Positions 47,226 through 59,184 of a stretch of DNA of 64,000 nt are shown here, piece after piece. The notes under the pieces are model-generated. The model was not told the DNA's origin, did no database searches, and saw only the letters and a program-made list of their open reading frames with translations. A program made the position numbers and the translations under genes. The stretch lies in the NCBI GenBank assembly GCA_964252035.1, contig OZ176208.1; one strand, 5' to 3'. Source of the DNA: Podarcis erhardii. Taxonomy: Eukaryota. Each line of letters begins with the position of its first letter. Positions within the stretch are counted from its first letter, which is position 1.

Positions 47226-49299
47226 GTATGGGACATTATGTTTTTAGTAACAGTAAAGTTCAGATATTGTGATTGAAAAGTCCTAGTTGTGTTCAGATAC
47301 ATTAAGTGGAAGCATCACAAATCCTGAAACAAAATATATCAGAAGTCATCGGCTTTGAAAATATAAGACACCAGTCATAGGCCTTGAAAATATAATTGGC
47401 TAAATAAAATGTATTTAACTTAGCATGAATTAATGCTAATTAGAATTAACTGGGATTGGATTCTTCAGCTAGAAAAAAAAAAACATTAATTATTATTATT
47501 ATTATTATTATTTTACTAAAAAACATTAATTATTATTTCCAAGAATTGAAGAACATTGCAGTGCACATTGATGTAGGCTGACATCCAATGGTGACTGCAT
47601 GCAAGCAGAAGAGACTTCCACTCATGCAACGTTGGATTTCACCCATAGTCTTTTATGGTCCACGTCACAAAGCCTAGAAAACTGCTATGAAAAGGGATGT
47701 TGATTAGAAATTCCTCAGCACATAGAGTTCTGGAAACATTTACTTTATCCCAGACTCATTGGGTTGCTTTTCTACTTACACAAATTCAGCTGCAGTTGTG
47801 TCATGATAGGATAAATATTGCTTGCTACTATGACAAGTAAACTGTTAGGTATTAGGTCACTCTGGGGCTGTTGGAGCTTAGGCAGAGTGGAGTGAAGGAG
47901 AGGTTAGCATATATAATTGCCCTTACAATTACCAGAAACACAAGATCATGTACAAAACATTATGTATTTTTAGCTTTTCAATTGAAGTTCTGCCACATCC
48001 CAACAATATCTCAAAATATTTCCATAGTGGCTAACAAACTGAAAGGAACTGGAACTGGACTTTCTGCTTTTAATTTTCTGTCTGTATAAATAAGCACTTT
48101 GATATTTCTGTCAACCTGTACATTTGAAATCATTTCATCCCTTTAGAAACCCTCTCAAAAGGGCTTTGCTACTGAAATATTTATTTTATTTATTTCATTG
48201 TTGCATACCAGCCAGCTCTTTCTAACTTTTAAGGAGGCAGGATGTGACCGCCATCTGTAATTTACCTAGCAAGAAAAGAGCATTGGCTGCCTGCCAGGAT
48301 ATCTTAATGTTGCTGTAACCTGACATTAACTTCAGCTGAAAATGTGGTAGGGCAAATTCCAGACTCCTGTGTATGTGGCACAATTGTCCAAAAATCTTGC
48401 ATGGAATCCAGAGAAGAAAAGAAACTTTGGTTCTTTGGAAGAGGACCCACATGCAGCCGGTGGTTTTCTTGCTGTTTTTGACAAAAGGCATACGTAAAAC
48501 TAAATACTGACTTCAGCATGCTCTGAGCTGGTGGGGGAGCGGGGCAGGTAGCGAAAGCAAAGCTCTGGCAGAGAGCACAGTTATTTTCTGCCTGCTAATA
48601 CAAATAAATAAAGGGGTGCTGGCATCAGCTGCAGTAGATGCTCTGGACATTCAATGTTTGCCCAGCTCTGCCACATGCTGATGTAAAGCCTTGGCATACA
48701 TGCAAAACTTGAGTTCCTGTCCCCTCTCTTCTGCTTTCCATGTGCATAAGTGGTATTATTAGCCAGCGGGTTAAATCCATGTTCCTTGCAAATGTGGAAG
48801 GTTAATATATGATATGTGAGCCCGTCAAAATGCATTAACCAAGTGTTACAGTATTACCAAAGGAAGATCAAATTAAGCTCACCGGGTGAGGTCATAGCTT
48901 GATATCAACCAAACTGCAAGAGCTCAAGCTTTTGTCTGGTTGTCAAATGTGTTTTTTTGTTTTTAGGATGCTATAGACATGAAAACTTTCACTATCTTTA
49001 TTTGTAAAATTAGGAAAGAATCATTTGCATTGGGTAAAATAAATCCTATCACAATTCCATAAATTTGCTGCAAGGATAATAAACCAGTTTTCATTAAGGC
49101 TGAGCGGTGTACTTGGCATACACCACACGTTTCGTTATGTCTCGGGTTCTCAGAGAATAAGCTAGTAAATTCCTATGCCCTCAAAAAGGCTGCCATAAAG
49201 AGACATCACGGGTGGTGACGGGACCAGGGCAGGGAGACTAAGATACCTTTATTCTGTCTACTCTCCCTGCCTTCCCTCAGGTGTATTCATTATGTATAG

Positions 49300-49500
49300 G
49301 GGGGGGGAGTGTAGCTCAGTGCTACAACATATTCTTTGCATGCCAAAAGGTTCTAGGTTCAATCCTAAGCATCTCCAATTGAGGCTGGAAAAGACTTCTG
49401 TCCTGTCTGAAATCCTGGAGAGCCACTGCTAGTCACCATTGACATCTACTGAGGTAGCTAGGTAAATGGTCTGATTTGGAATAAGACAGCTTCTTGATTC
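49300..49500 (+). mobile_element. tRNA(Ala)-like squamate SINE
   Basis: gtgtagctcagtg (A box)..ttctaggttcaatcc (B box)..gcatctcca..ctgaaatcctggagagccactgc. Related fragments at about 52440-52590 (+) and 62905-63020 (-). Confidence 0.7.
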
Positions 49501-52500
49501 TATGAGTTTTCCTTGAATGCGAAGCACCAAAGGACCTACAAGGGCTCAGCTGAAAGGCGGGAAGAAGGTTCCAAAGTGAAGACGACCCTCAGGAGAAGAA
49601 TCTGTTCCTGGAATAAGTCTCGCATCCCAGATCATTAACACTCCCAACAGTAGCCAACTAGACACTGTAGCCAGGTTCACAGGAAGGGCATGATACACAA
49701 TCTGCATCATCTAGGAAACTTTGCTTATGAAAATTGTAGTTAGTAGCCATTGCTAGTGTTATGGTCTATATACTACCCCAGTCCTGTGACAATGAGTTTC
49801 ATAGGTTGGTTATATGTTGGAATAAGAAATACTTCCTTTCGTTTGTCCTAAAGCTACTGCTTATCAACAGCATTAGATGAGGGTTTGTTGCTCTTGCGTA
49901 TTAGCATTAGTAGTATTGTTCTTATGTTCTTAGACCACTTTTCAGACAAATATTGTCTCCCAAAGTGGCTCACATCAGTTTAAAAAACAAACCCTGAGGC
50001 TTCTGCCATCAGGCTTACAAAAGAAAAGTCAGGACACACGAACTGAGGGGAAAGGTAGAAGAAGTATGTCAGTTTGACAATGCCAGAACAAGGTGTTGAG
50101 TCACAACCAGGCATTTATATCCACTTAGAGTCAGGCGGATTTTCCTATGTGGGTGGCCTTGCCTGGATTAAGGTGCTGCGACTGGCCCAGCTGCTCTTGC
50201 TCCTCTGACTGATGGCAAAGGCCAGAGTGTTCTTCCCGTCACATCTGCAGGGCAACTGGCAGTTAGAGATTTCTTTCTGGCAGGAAACTCCCTGTAGCAG
50301 TGATAGATGAAACTGGTCTGGTCTTTCCCTTACTATGATGTTCCTAGGAGACAGAAGGTGGAACCAGTGGATGGTAGAGACCAGAGTAAACTTCCCTTTG
50401 GCTCTCTGGCCCAAGGGTGACTGACAGTTGGAGTCAAATGCTATTTCACACAGAGGGAAGAAGCAAGCTCCCTTCAGCACCTCCTCCTTTGGCTGATAAA
50501 TGGAGCCAGACTTGCCTTCTCTTATTCTTTCTGGGAGACATAGGGTGTAGCCTTCCAGGGGCCTGTGTTCCCCAGCAGACAACAGAGGCTAGAGTGTGCA
50601 TCTCTTCTCGTCTGTGGACCCTCAGCATGGGATACAGAATATATTCTTGATTTTGAGACTGCCTGGGGGTGCTGGAATCTTGTGTGGCTACCCCATGTGG
50701 TAAATAAGTGAATCGTAGGAGGCAGTCTTCTTGGTGAAGAAGCTTCTGGATTGACTGCACCTACTCAGGTGGATCCTGCTGTGCAGGAAGAAGTTTAAAG
50801 AGATTCCTTTTCTAGTGGAGCCTCATTTTAGCAGCAAGGGGTTCTCAAGCTCTCATGTATGTTATGTCTCTGGTCATGCATTGTGGTTTGACCTCTATTC
50901 CTGATTTCACAGCTCCTTTTTCCCGGCTCCTGGCTCACCTCATAATACTTCCCATAGTTCAGTTCCCAATGAATAATTCTTTTCCAATTCCCTCTTTCTA
51001 GCCATTCGCAATTTTTACAAACTCCTATTTTGTTGCTCACTCAGTGATCCTTTTTATTTGCTAAAAAGCATCTCTGTCTTTTAAACTCTGCCTCAGAAGT
51101 TATTTATTAATTTTTATCCAGTCTTACACTCAAAAAGAAAAAATCACACATCACCTTAATTGTTTTGTCCCTTTCCAGCCTTCCTATCACTTTTTCTGAG
51201 TTGAGGCAATAAGAATTTCATACAGTATTCTCTGTGTGGATATTCTGTAGGCCTTTATTGGAAACATCATAACTTGCTGTTTAATCGTTTAAATTCCTAA
51301 CAGTGAGGGCATTTTTACTGCCACAATACACCGAGTTGACATTTTCAGTGAACCATTTAGAAGAACTACCCTTTTAAAATAAACTGAATTCATAGTAGAA
51401 ACTGAGACTAGTATCAAAAGTCCCAAGCATCTCAGGAGCCTTCCACACATGTGTGTATAGAGCATGTCTAGAAAACGTCTCTAGCAGTCAATGTGAAATA
51501 TAGCTGATCTCATCCCAGTAATAGATCTACTACTGACAGCACCACAACAGCTGAGAAGAAGAGCAAGTAACTGCATGCAAACAGAGACTGAAGTACCCTT
51601 TCACTCTATGAGACATCATCTTGAGGACAGCACTGAGGAAGCTGTCAGTGCCAATAGACATATAATGCCTAACATCCTGTGAGTGATAGCATACGTGCTT
51701 CTTTACTTTTAAAGACAGCTGCTGATCTGTGTAGCTGAGAGTCCTGCCAGCATTTCCTGCTTGGTTAGCTGGATGTGTGGATTGGCTAGAGTTCTCCATC
51801 AGAACTAAGAATAGTAAGATGGGAAGGAGAAAGTTCACCTGAGCTAGGGTCTGACCAGCAAAAAATTGGCTAGGGTTGGACATGCTGGAATTCAGTGCTA
51901 GTCCAATGATGCGTTGCAAATTCCAGAAATATTGATGGAGGGATCGCCTATGTTAGGAAATGTTACCTTTCCAGCTTTTGTTTGAGAATCTTTCTAGTTT
52001 TCACTGTGGCAGAGAAAATCTTTAAATATCACTACATTGTTTGCCTCTGTCTCTCTCCATTACCTGTCTCTGAAGATTAGTAGACCTGCTATATTCCTAC
52101 TCCTCTGTGTTCTTTTGTTGCTCTCCCTCCTCTCTATGGCTTCTCAGACATTTACCTGTTCCCCTGCATACGTATCTGCCTCATGTGCTTCTAAATTCTC
52201 TTCTAATAGTATCTCTGTTATTGAGCATCTGTTTCTCAGGCTCCGGGGAGGTCTTATTTGTCATTCACAAAATAAAGAAGTCCAACATCTGGGGTGCAGG
52301 AAAAATCTACGACCACATTAATAAAGGTGTTGAAAGAGTGGGTACACATGTCATAATCTTCAAACATTATTACATACATGGTGAGGAACCACAGCTTATC
52401 AGACCAGAGCAGAGAGACGTCATTTGCATGCAGCTTCAGTGCTTGGCATCTCCAGTTAAGGGGGTCAGGTAGCAGGTGATTGGGAAAATCTGTGCCTCAG

Positions 52501-52734
52501 ACGCAGGAGAGCTGCTGCCAATCAGAGTTGACAATACTGGGTTGGCTGGACAAGCAGGCTGACCTGGTATAAAGCAGCTTTCTATGTTCCTAGCAATCAT
52601 GTTGGCTTAGTTTTGTTTAAGCTTCTCTCACATATCAGCGGTGATTCATAGAATTGCCATATCCTACTAGCTATGCTGAATAGCTAGGAAGTGCTTGCCA
52701 GCTGGAGGCATATTGCAATTTGCAATACAGTCTT

Positions 52735-52990
52735 AATATTATATGTTAAATTTATATGCTGCCCTTCATCTGAAAATCTCAGGGTGGTTCACAAGATAAA
52801 AGTACAGGATAAAAGCTCAGATTGGTTATTTAGAACAAAAACAAAACAATACTCCCTCCCAACACATTTAAAAGGCCGTAGAATATTAATCAGCCCAAAG
52901 CCGGGTTGAAGAGGAATGTTTCACCTGGCACCTAAAGATGTATAATGAAGGAAAAGGAGCAGTGTTGGCTGCTTTTCTAAATTCACCTTA
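52735..52990 (-). mobile_element. L2 3' end
   Basis: aaatttatatgctgcccttcatctgaaaatctcagggtggttcaca..gcctgg/gttgaagaggaatgtttcacctggcacctaaagatg. Confidence 0.6.
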
Positions 52991-54743
52991 TGGCCCAGTC
53001 TCCCTGTTAATTTTAAGACACAAAGTTCATGATGTATATAATGTCTTAATTCTTGTCTTATACGCTGTTCTATAGTTGGTGGAACAGTAAATCTCTTGCG
53101 ATCGCAAGGAACTGGGAAAATCTCGGCTTGGGCTGATTTACACAAGAAACAGGTCCCACTGTGAAGCACAAGCAACCTTTAATGAAAGAACAATAAGAGA
53201 ATTAAACACAGCAAAGAGTAAGAGTCAGGAGGTTTGAACAGAAATGGAATAAGGAAGAAAAAGTTAAAAGAATTGCTTTGAAAAACAAAGGTCAGCAGTA
53301 ACACCACAACAGCCCAATATTGGCCAGGAAACCCATGAAATATGATTGAATTGTTAACGGCTTCCTGAAATGAATCCATGGATTTGAAAGTCAAAAGGAT
53401 GACTCTCAGCTTCTAGCGTGGATACTGCAACCCAAGCATATTGTTAGTTTGTGCTGAGGTCTTATATATTAAGCTGAAGGAGAAAAGAATCATATATTTG
53501 TGTTAAACACACACAGTACACACACAGATGCTCTACATTATCATCAACGCAAAAGTTTGATGTTAAGAGGCTGTTTCCATTCATGCTCTGTTACATTAGC
53601 CCTTTCCCCTCACATTGCTTTCTGGATTCTGTGGTTATAATATAACTATTGCTAAAAACAAATGATTACTTCAGTTGGCCTACAACTATTTTTTTTTAAA
53701 AAAAGAGAAATAGGTTTATGCAAACTGAGCAAGCTTGGATAAATTTTTACTACAGGCTCTTTATATCTACCTGTGTCAAGAGGTAAAGCACAGTTATGGG
53801 TTTGCATTGTTCTTGGTCTAAATGTGTCAGTGAATTAAACATTTGCCTGTCAGTTGGCTTTCTTGGCTCTGTGCCAACCTTTAATCCTTTTTAAAAGTTC
53901 TCTACTACCTTTTCTGTCACATCTTGTAACTCAAAACTAAACTCTTGATACCTAGATAAGTGGATTTCTTTGTTTAACCTTTCCTTCCACTTCAGCAATG
54001 TGTCCAGATAAGTTTTCAACTACTGTCAGACTCAGACTCCCTTTATCTCTATAAATTCTGTTTCTTAGGGCAATAAAATATATATTATTTTCCTAATTTG
54101 TTCATTGCAGCTCAAGCATAACGAGTTGGCTTTTCCTTCCTTTGGAACTAATGTGTCCTATGTCCTCCTATTTCCTTTCCTACTTCAAGAAGCAGAGTTT
54201 TAAGGCAGTGCAACATTATTCCTGGCAGTTCTGGCTACAAGAAATTAAGACTCTTAAGGCCAATAAATTGCCCTGCTTGAGGGTTTCCCACAGGCATCAG
54301 GGTGGCCACTGGGAGAACATGCTGGACTAGATGGGACAATGGCCTGATCCAGCAAGCTCTTCTTACGTTCTTAAGACTGAACAACGGATGGACCATTTCT
54401 GCCCTGATTTATTATGACTTCTATTGGAGCAGCCAGCAATGGTGTCTTGTGTCCATTCAGAAACAGTTCTCAAACAATCTAGATTTTTTTCTAGGACAAA
54501 CAGCCAGCGTGATTATTGTGACACACTAAGTGAGGCTTTTCAAGTGTATGGCATTTGTTTCTTCTTTTGGGGCTAATGTTTTGGACCTTAGGATGGCCTT
54601 GGGAGCAACACCTTCCCTCCCCACAAAAGTTTCAAATTCCAGTGTAACATTTAACATTCATTAAATAACTTTTTGAAGCAACAACCTTGTTTGTTATGAA
54701 TGACTCTGAAGGTCATCTGAGTGACTTCAAGATGCACAGCATG

Positions 54744-55080
54744 GGTAAGGTAAAGGTAAAGGGACCCCTGACCATTAGGTCCAGTCGTGGCCAACTCTGG
54801 TGTTGCAGCGCTCATCTCGCTTTATTGGCCAAGAGAGCCGGCGTACAGCTTCCAGGTCATGTGGCCAGCATGACTAAACCGCTTCTGGCGAACAAGAGCA
54901 GTGCACAGAAACACCGTTTACCTTCCCGCTGGAGTGGTACCTATTTATCTACTTGCACTTTGACGTGCTTTCGAATTCTAGATTGGCAGGAGCAGGGACC
55001 GAGCAACGGGAGCCCGTCATGGGGATTTGAACTGCCAACCTTCTGACTGGCAAGTCCTAGGCTCTGTGGTTTAACCCACA
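54744..55080 (-). mobile_element. Sauria SINE
   Basis: (GGTAAA)n tail then gggacccctgaccattaggtccagtcgtgg...gggatttgaactgccaaccttctga..ctaggctctgtggtttaacccaca. Confidence 0.9.
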
Positions 55081-58000
55081 ATGCTTATACATCAGATTCC
55101 ATTTTCTGCTGCTCTTCCAAATGCTGTTGACAATTGCCCAGTGGCAGTAGGGAGCACACTTAGAGGTTTTGAATGTAAAGCCGTATTTCCATTTAAGGAA
55201 GATTTGGCAGGCTTTGGAGATTTCTGAAACAAATTAGTATATTACTTCTGTGAAATGAAGAAGAGTAAATAGTCAGTAGTGTTGAGATTCAGATTGCTAT
55301 TCTTCTGCCTCCAGAGCTATCATCCTACTGAGATAATGAAGATAATTAACACCATGCTTCCCCATTGTCTGCCCTACTCTGCCAAAAGGCTTCAAATCTA
55401 ACTGCATTCCTTGCTTTATGAGGATTTCCTTAGTGATTGCAGAAAGCTACTACTTTTCAAAACAGAATATTCCATTTCTAATCCACAGTATCCCAAGCAA
55501 TGCATCGCTGCTGTGGTTTTTTCATTGTATTAGGTACCCCAGAAATGCAAAGGACTTTTAAAACAAGAGTTTCAAAAACAATGAGTGTTTTATGCATTGC
55601 AATTGGACCTCTGACTAGATTGGACATTTGTAGTACTTTCACATCAAAATTGCCTTGAAACTAGAGGAGACACTTATGGTTAATTTGAGATACCTACAGG
55701 GAGTTGAGTTGGGAAAGGATGGCGGGTAGATGGCCGGGTACATCAAAAATTATCTCAATCACTCACCCATCCACTAACAGCTCTGTTGTCTGGTATTTAT
55801 TCTCTCCAAACTGAATGAGTGGGCAGTAAAATGACAAATGCAACTTCAGTAAGCTGGTGTAAAGTGATGCAGGTTAGGGCACAAAATATTAATTTTACAT
55901 AGATGCTGATCCAGAAGCTGCATTTAGAGCAGAATGCTGTAGCACAATTGCTACCAGGATGAGGCCTTGTCAGCATAGAACACCTGTGCTCAGGAATCTG
56001 CACTGCCTGCCAATTTGCTACTGAACCAAGTTGAAGGTGATACTATTAGTATTTAAAGCCCTTAACAACTTGGGGCCTGTTTACCTACAATATTGCCTTT
56101 ACCCACTTGACTGCTTCAATCAGTTGAATTGTCACTATTACAGGTGCCACGTAATACTCATTCCACATTTATAAGAACTTAATCATTTAGAGTGGCAATG
56201 CCTGCACTTTGGAACTCCCTGCCTATTGAGATCAAACAGGTGCCTTCACTGTACTCTTTTCAGTGCCTGCTGAAAAAAATCTTTTGTATGTTTTTAGGTC
56301 TTCTTGCATCAAGACATTGAAACACACCTTTCCCGTTCCCCATGGCAGCGCTGACTAATACTACCATTGAATGGCAGGCATATATAGATGGCTAGCTCTG
56401 CATTCACTTTCAGCCATTACTATTCTGTAGACCCATAAATCGAGGAATTTGCCTGCAACAGTCTAACATCAGTTTTAGTTATTTGGACTCTGTTTCTTAT
56501 GGTTCTCTTGGAGGCTATTATCATGATTTCCATAAGCAGAGAACATTCTGGAGCATTGTGTCTCCTTTCTACACTTTTACCCTTTAGAAAATTTGCCAGC
56601 TGGTCTTATTGCTCTTCAGGTTCTCATAACGGAAGAAATAAGACTCATTACGGATTGGAGAAAGCTGGTGCTGGAAAATCAGTTTGTTTGGCAAGTGATG
56701 GAGGCAAACATACTCACAATAGTACTTCTTTTGGAGACACTGATTAACAGTATTTTTTGTCGGGTTCATATTGCACTAAACAGTGCTGTATGTGCTGATT
56801 TAGCTCATGTGGATTACTGCTTTGTTTATTCCACTGCTTTGTATCTTGAAAATTCCACAATTATGTGCCTAGCTTACATGCAGCATAGGGCTGATGTTGT
56901 TCCATGTGTCTGAAGACCAATATAAAGTATCTTCAGTTGACAATATGCCTATTATCTTTGATAGGGCTGTAAGAAAAGCTAGATTGCAGCTTGTGGTTAC
57001 AAATTATTACAGCATAAACATTTCCTCCCACTTTCCATGCAATTTTCTTCTGTCATGATACCAAACTAGCTGGCACTTAATGCAGATGGGCGGCTGAAAC
57101 ATAGGATCTTGGACACATTAAGCGTACCACATTTGCTCTATAAATTTGGCTGAAGAGTTAGATAAGAATTGAAAGCTGCTTTGCACAACAAATGTACTCT
57201 GTAATATCTATCGGGCTAATATCTATCTGTGTTGATGGCTGACCCTGCTCACCAACCCGGACCCGGCACCCCAACACCCCTCCAAAAACACTTTAGACCA
57301 GGGCTGGGGAAACATCTTGGCTCTCACTGCTGAGGCTAAAAGTGTCGTCAGTGAGGTAGACAGCAGCAGCAGAGCAGGTTTTTTGCTGAAAAGCTGCCCT
57401 GGCCTGTTGGGACTACTCCTGAATGGACTGCCCACCACAGCGACCTCCCTCCTCCACTGCTGCAGTGGTCCAGCAGCTCTCAGAAGGCTGTTGTTGCAGG
57501 ATAGTTTGCAGCACCATTGGTCTGTGGAAGGCACCACAAGCTACAGCATGATGACAGCCTTAGGAAAATATTATAAAAGGATATTTTCTTTCTGGAGGAA
57601 ATTGTAATTCATACAGTGAATGACATTTCATTGCTTTCATTTCATAGGACTCCAGATACAGGAATTTGCAAAGATAGACCATTACTTTCACATACAGTGA
57701 AATTTATTTATTTATTTATTTAATACTACTTCTGGTTTTGTGAACGTATAAATTTGAACCAGTTGAGTCAGCTGCTTATTTTGGCTGAAGGGTAAAATGA
57801 GAGCACAGCTGGTAAAAACAGCAAATCCTATCAACCTACATTTACCTTTTTCTGATGGTTTCTTTGTTGCATAACCTTTTTCGGATGACCTCAGTTTTGT
57901 AATTATTTTTTCTCCATGGTTGATGACCATTTTATTTATAGAGCTCACCCCACTTTTCTCTTTCCAGGATGTTTAAGCTGTTCTGTAACCATTTCGTACT

Positions 58001-58349
58001 TTTAAACAGCAAATAGTGATTAAAAAAACCATATGAAATGCAAACAAATAAGAAGAGTGGAAATCAAACCTTCCTGGCAAATAATTCCTTAGGGATGCCT
58101 TCATTTTTGACTCAACAGTGCTGATATTGGCACAGTCCACCAGGAATAGGATACCTTTAAGGCACAAACCTCTGTTTAAAAGATTGTGCCTTTAATGTGT
58201 ATGCAGAAAATCATTTGTATATTGAAGACATACTTTTCTTTAGCTTCAACCAATACAAAACTTATTTCACACTATTTCTCATTAAGTTAGTTTTGTAAAG
58301 GGATAATCACTAATTTGGGGATGCAAAAAATAAAACCCACCCTCTATAT

Positions 58350-58476
58350 CAGTGATAGCCAACTCTGTGTCCTCTAGTCTTTGTTGGACTATAACTCACT
58401 TCAATAGCCAATGGTCAGGGATGATGGGAGTTAGGAGACCAACAAAGACAAGAGGGCACAGAGTTGGCTATCCCTG
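58350..58476. mobile_element. Palindromic MITE-like repeat
   Basis: GATAGCCAACTCTGTG ... CACAGAGTTGGCTATC inverted ends. Confidence 0.7.
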
Positions 58477-58823
58477 TTCTATATGGTATGCCCATGGACT
58501 GGACATAACATGATTAAATAAAAGTTAGAGCCAATTGCTTTCTACGGAAATGTTTGGTTCAGGCGAGACTTGCATTTTGGGGGGGGTATCACTCACAACA
58601 CAAGTTTTCTAGGAGGAAGAATTACAGAGCTACAATTCTCAGTGTGATTTAACCATCAATCCCTCTTTCCAAGGAACTCTTGTGGGGTGGATAGACATCT
58701 CCTAACAACTCACAGCACTCTTTAGCACACAGTTCCCAGGCTTTTTTGGGAGAAGCCATGGCTTTTTATAGTAGTAGGATACTGCTTTAAACATATAGCA
58801 AAAATGGACCCTTTGCCATAAGT

Positions 58824-59184
58824 GTTGTTGTTTAGTCGTTTAGTCGTGTCCGGCTCTTTGTGACCCCATGGACCAGAGCATGCCAGGCACTCCTGTCTCC
58901 CACTGCCTCCCGCAGTTTGGTCAAACTCATGTTAGTAGCTTCGAGAGCACTGTCCAACTATCTCGTCCTCTGTCGTCCCCTTCTCCTTGTGCCCTCCATC
59001 TTTCCCAACATCAGGGTCTTTTCCAGGGAGTCTTCTCTTCTCCTGAGGTGGCCAAAGTATTGGAGCCTCAGCTTCAGGATCTGTCCTTTCAGTGAGCACT
59101 CAGGGCTGATTTCCTTAAGAATGGATAGGTTTGATCTTCTTGCAGTCCATGGGACTCTCAAGAGTCTCCTCCAGCACCATAATT
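58824..59184 (-). mobile_element. BovB (RTE clade) LINE 3' end
   Basis: Minus-strand RVPWTARRSNLSILKEISPECSL.GQILKLRLQYFGHL.RREDSLEKTLMLGK.EG.RRRGRQR is the characteristic BovB RT C-terminus. (GTT)n tail at left. Confidence 0.92.

Noticed and set aside
49580-49620. PQEKNLF resembling exon 6 PERNLF
   Set aside because: Five-residue match only, and the following motif is absent.
57223-57607. Overlapping 96-104 aa ORFs on both strands in a GC-richer patch
   Set aside because: No recognisable homology; probably a degraded repeat. A blastx or Dfam search would settle it.
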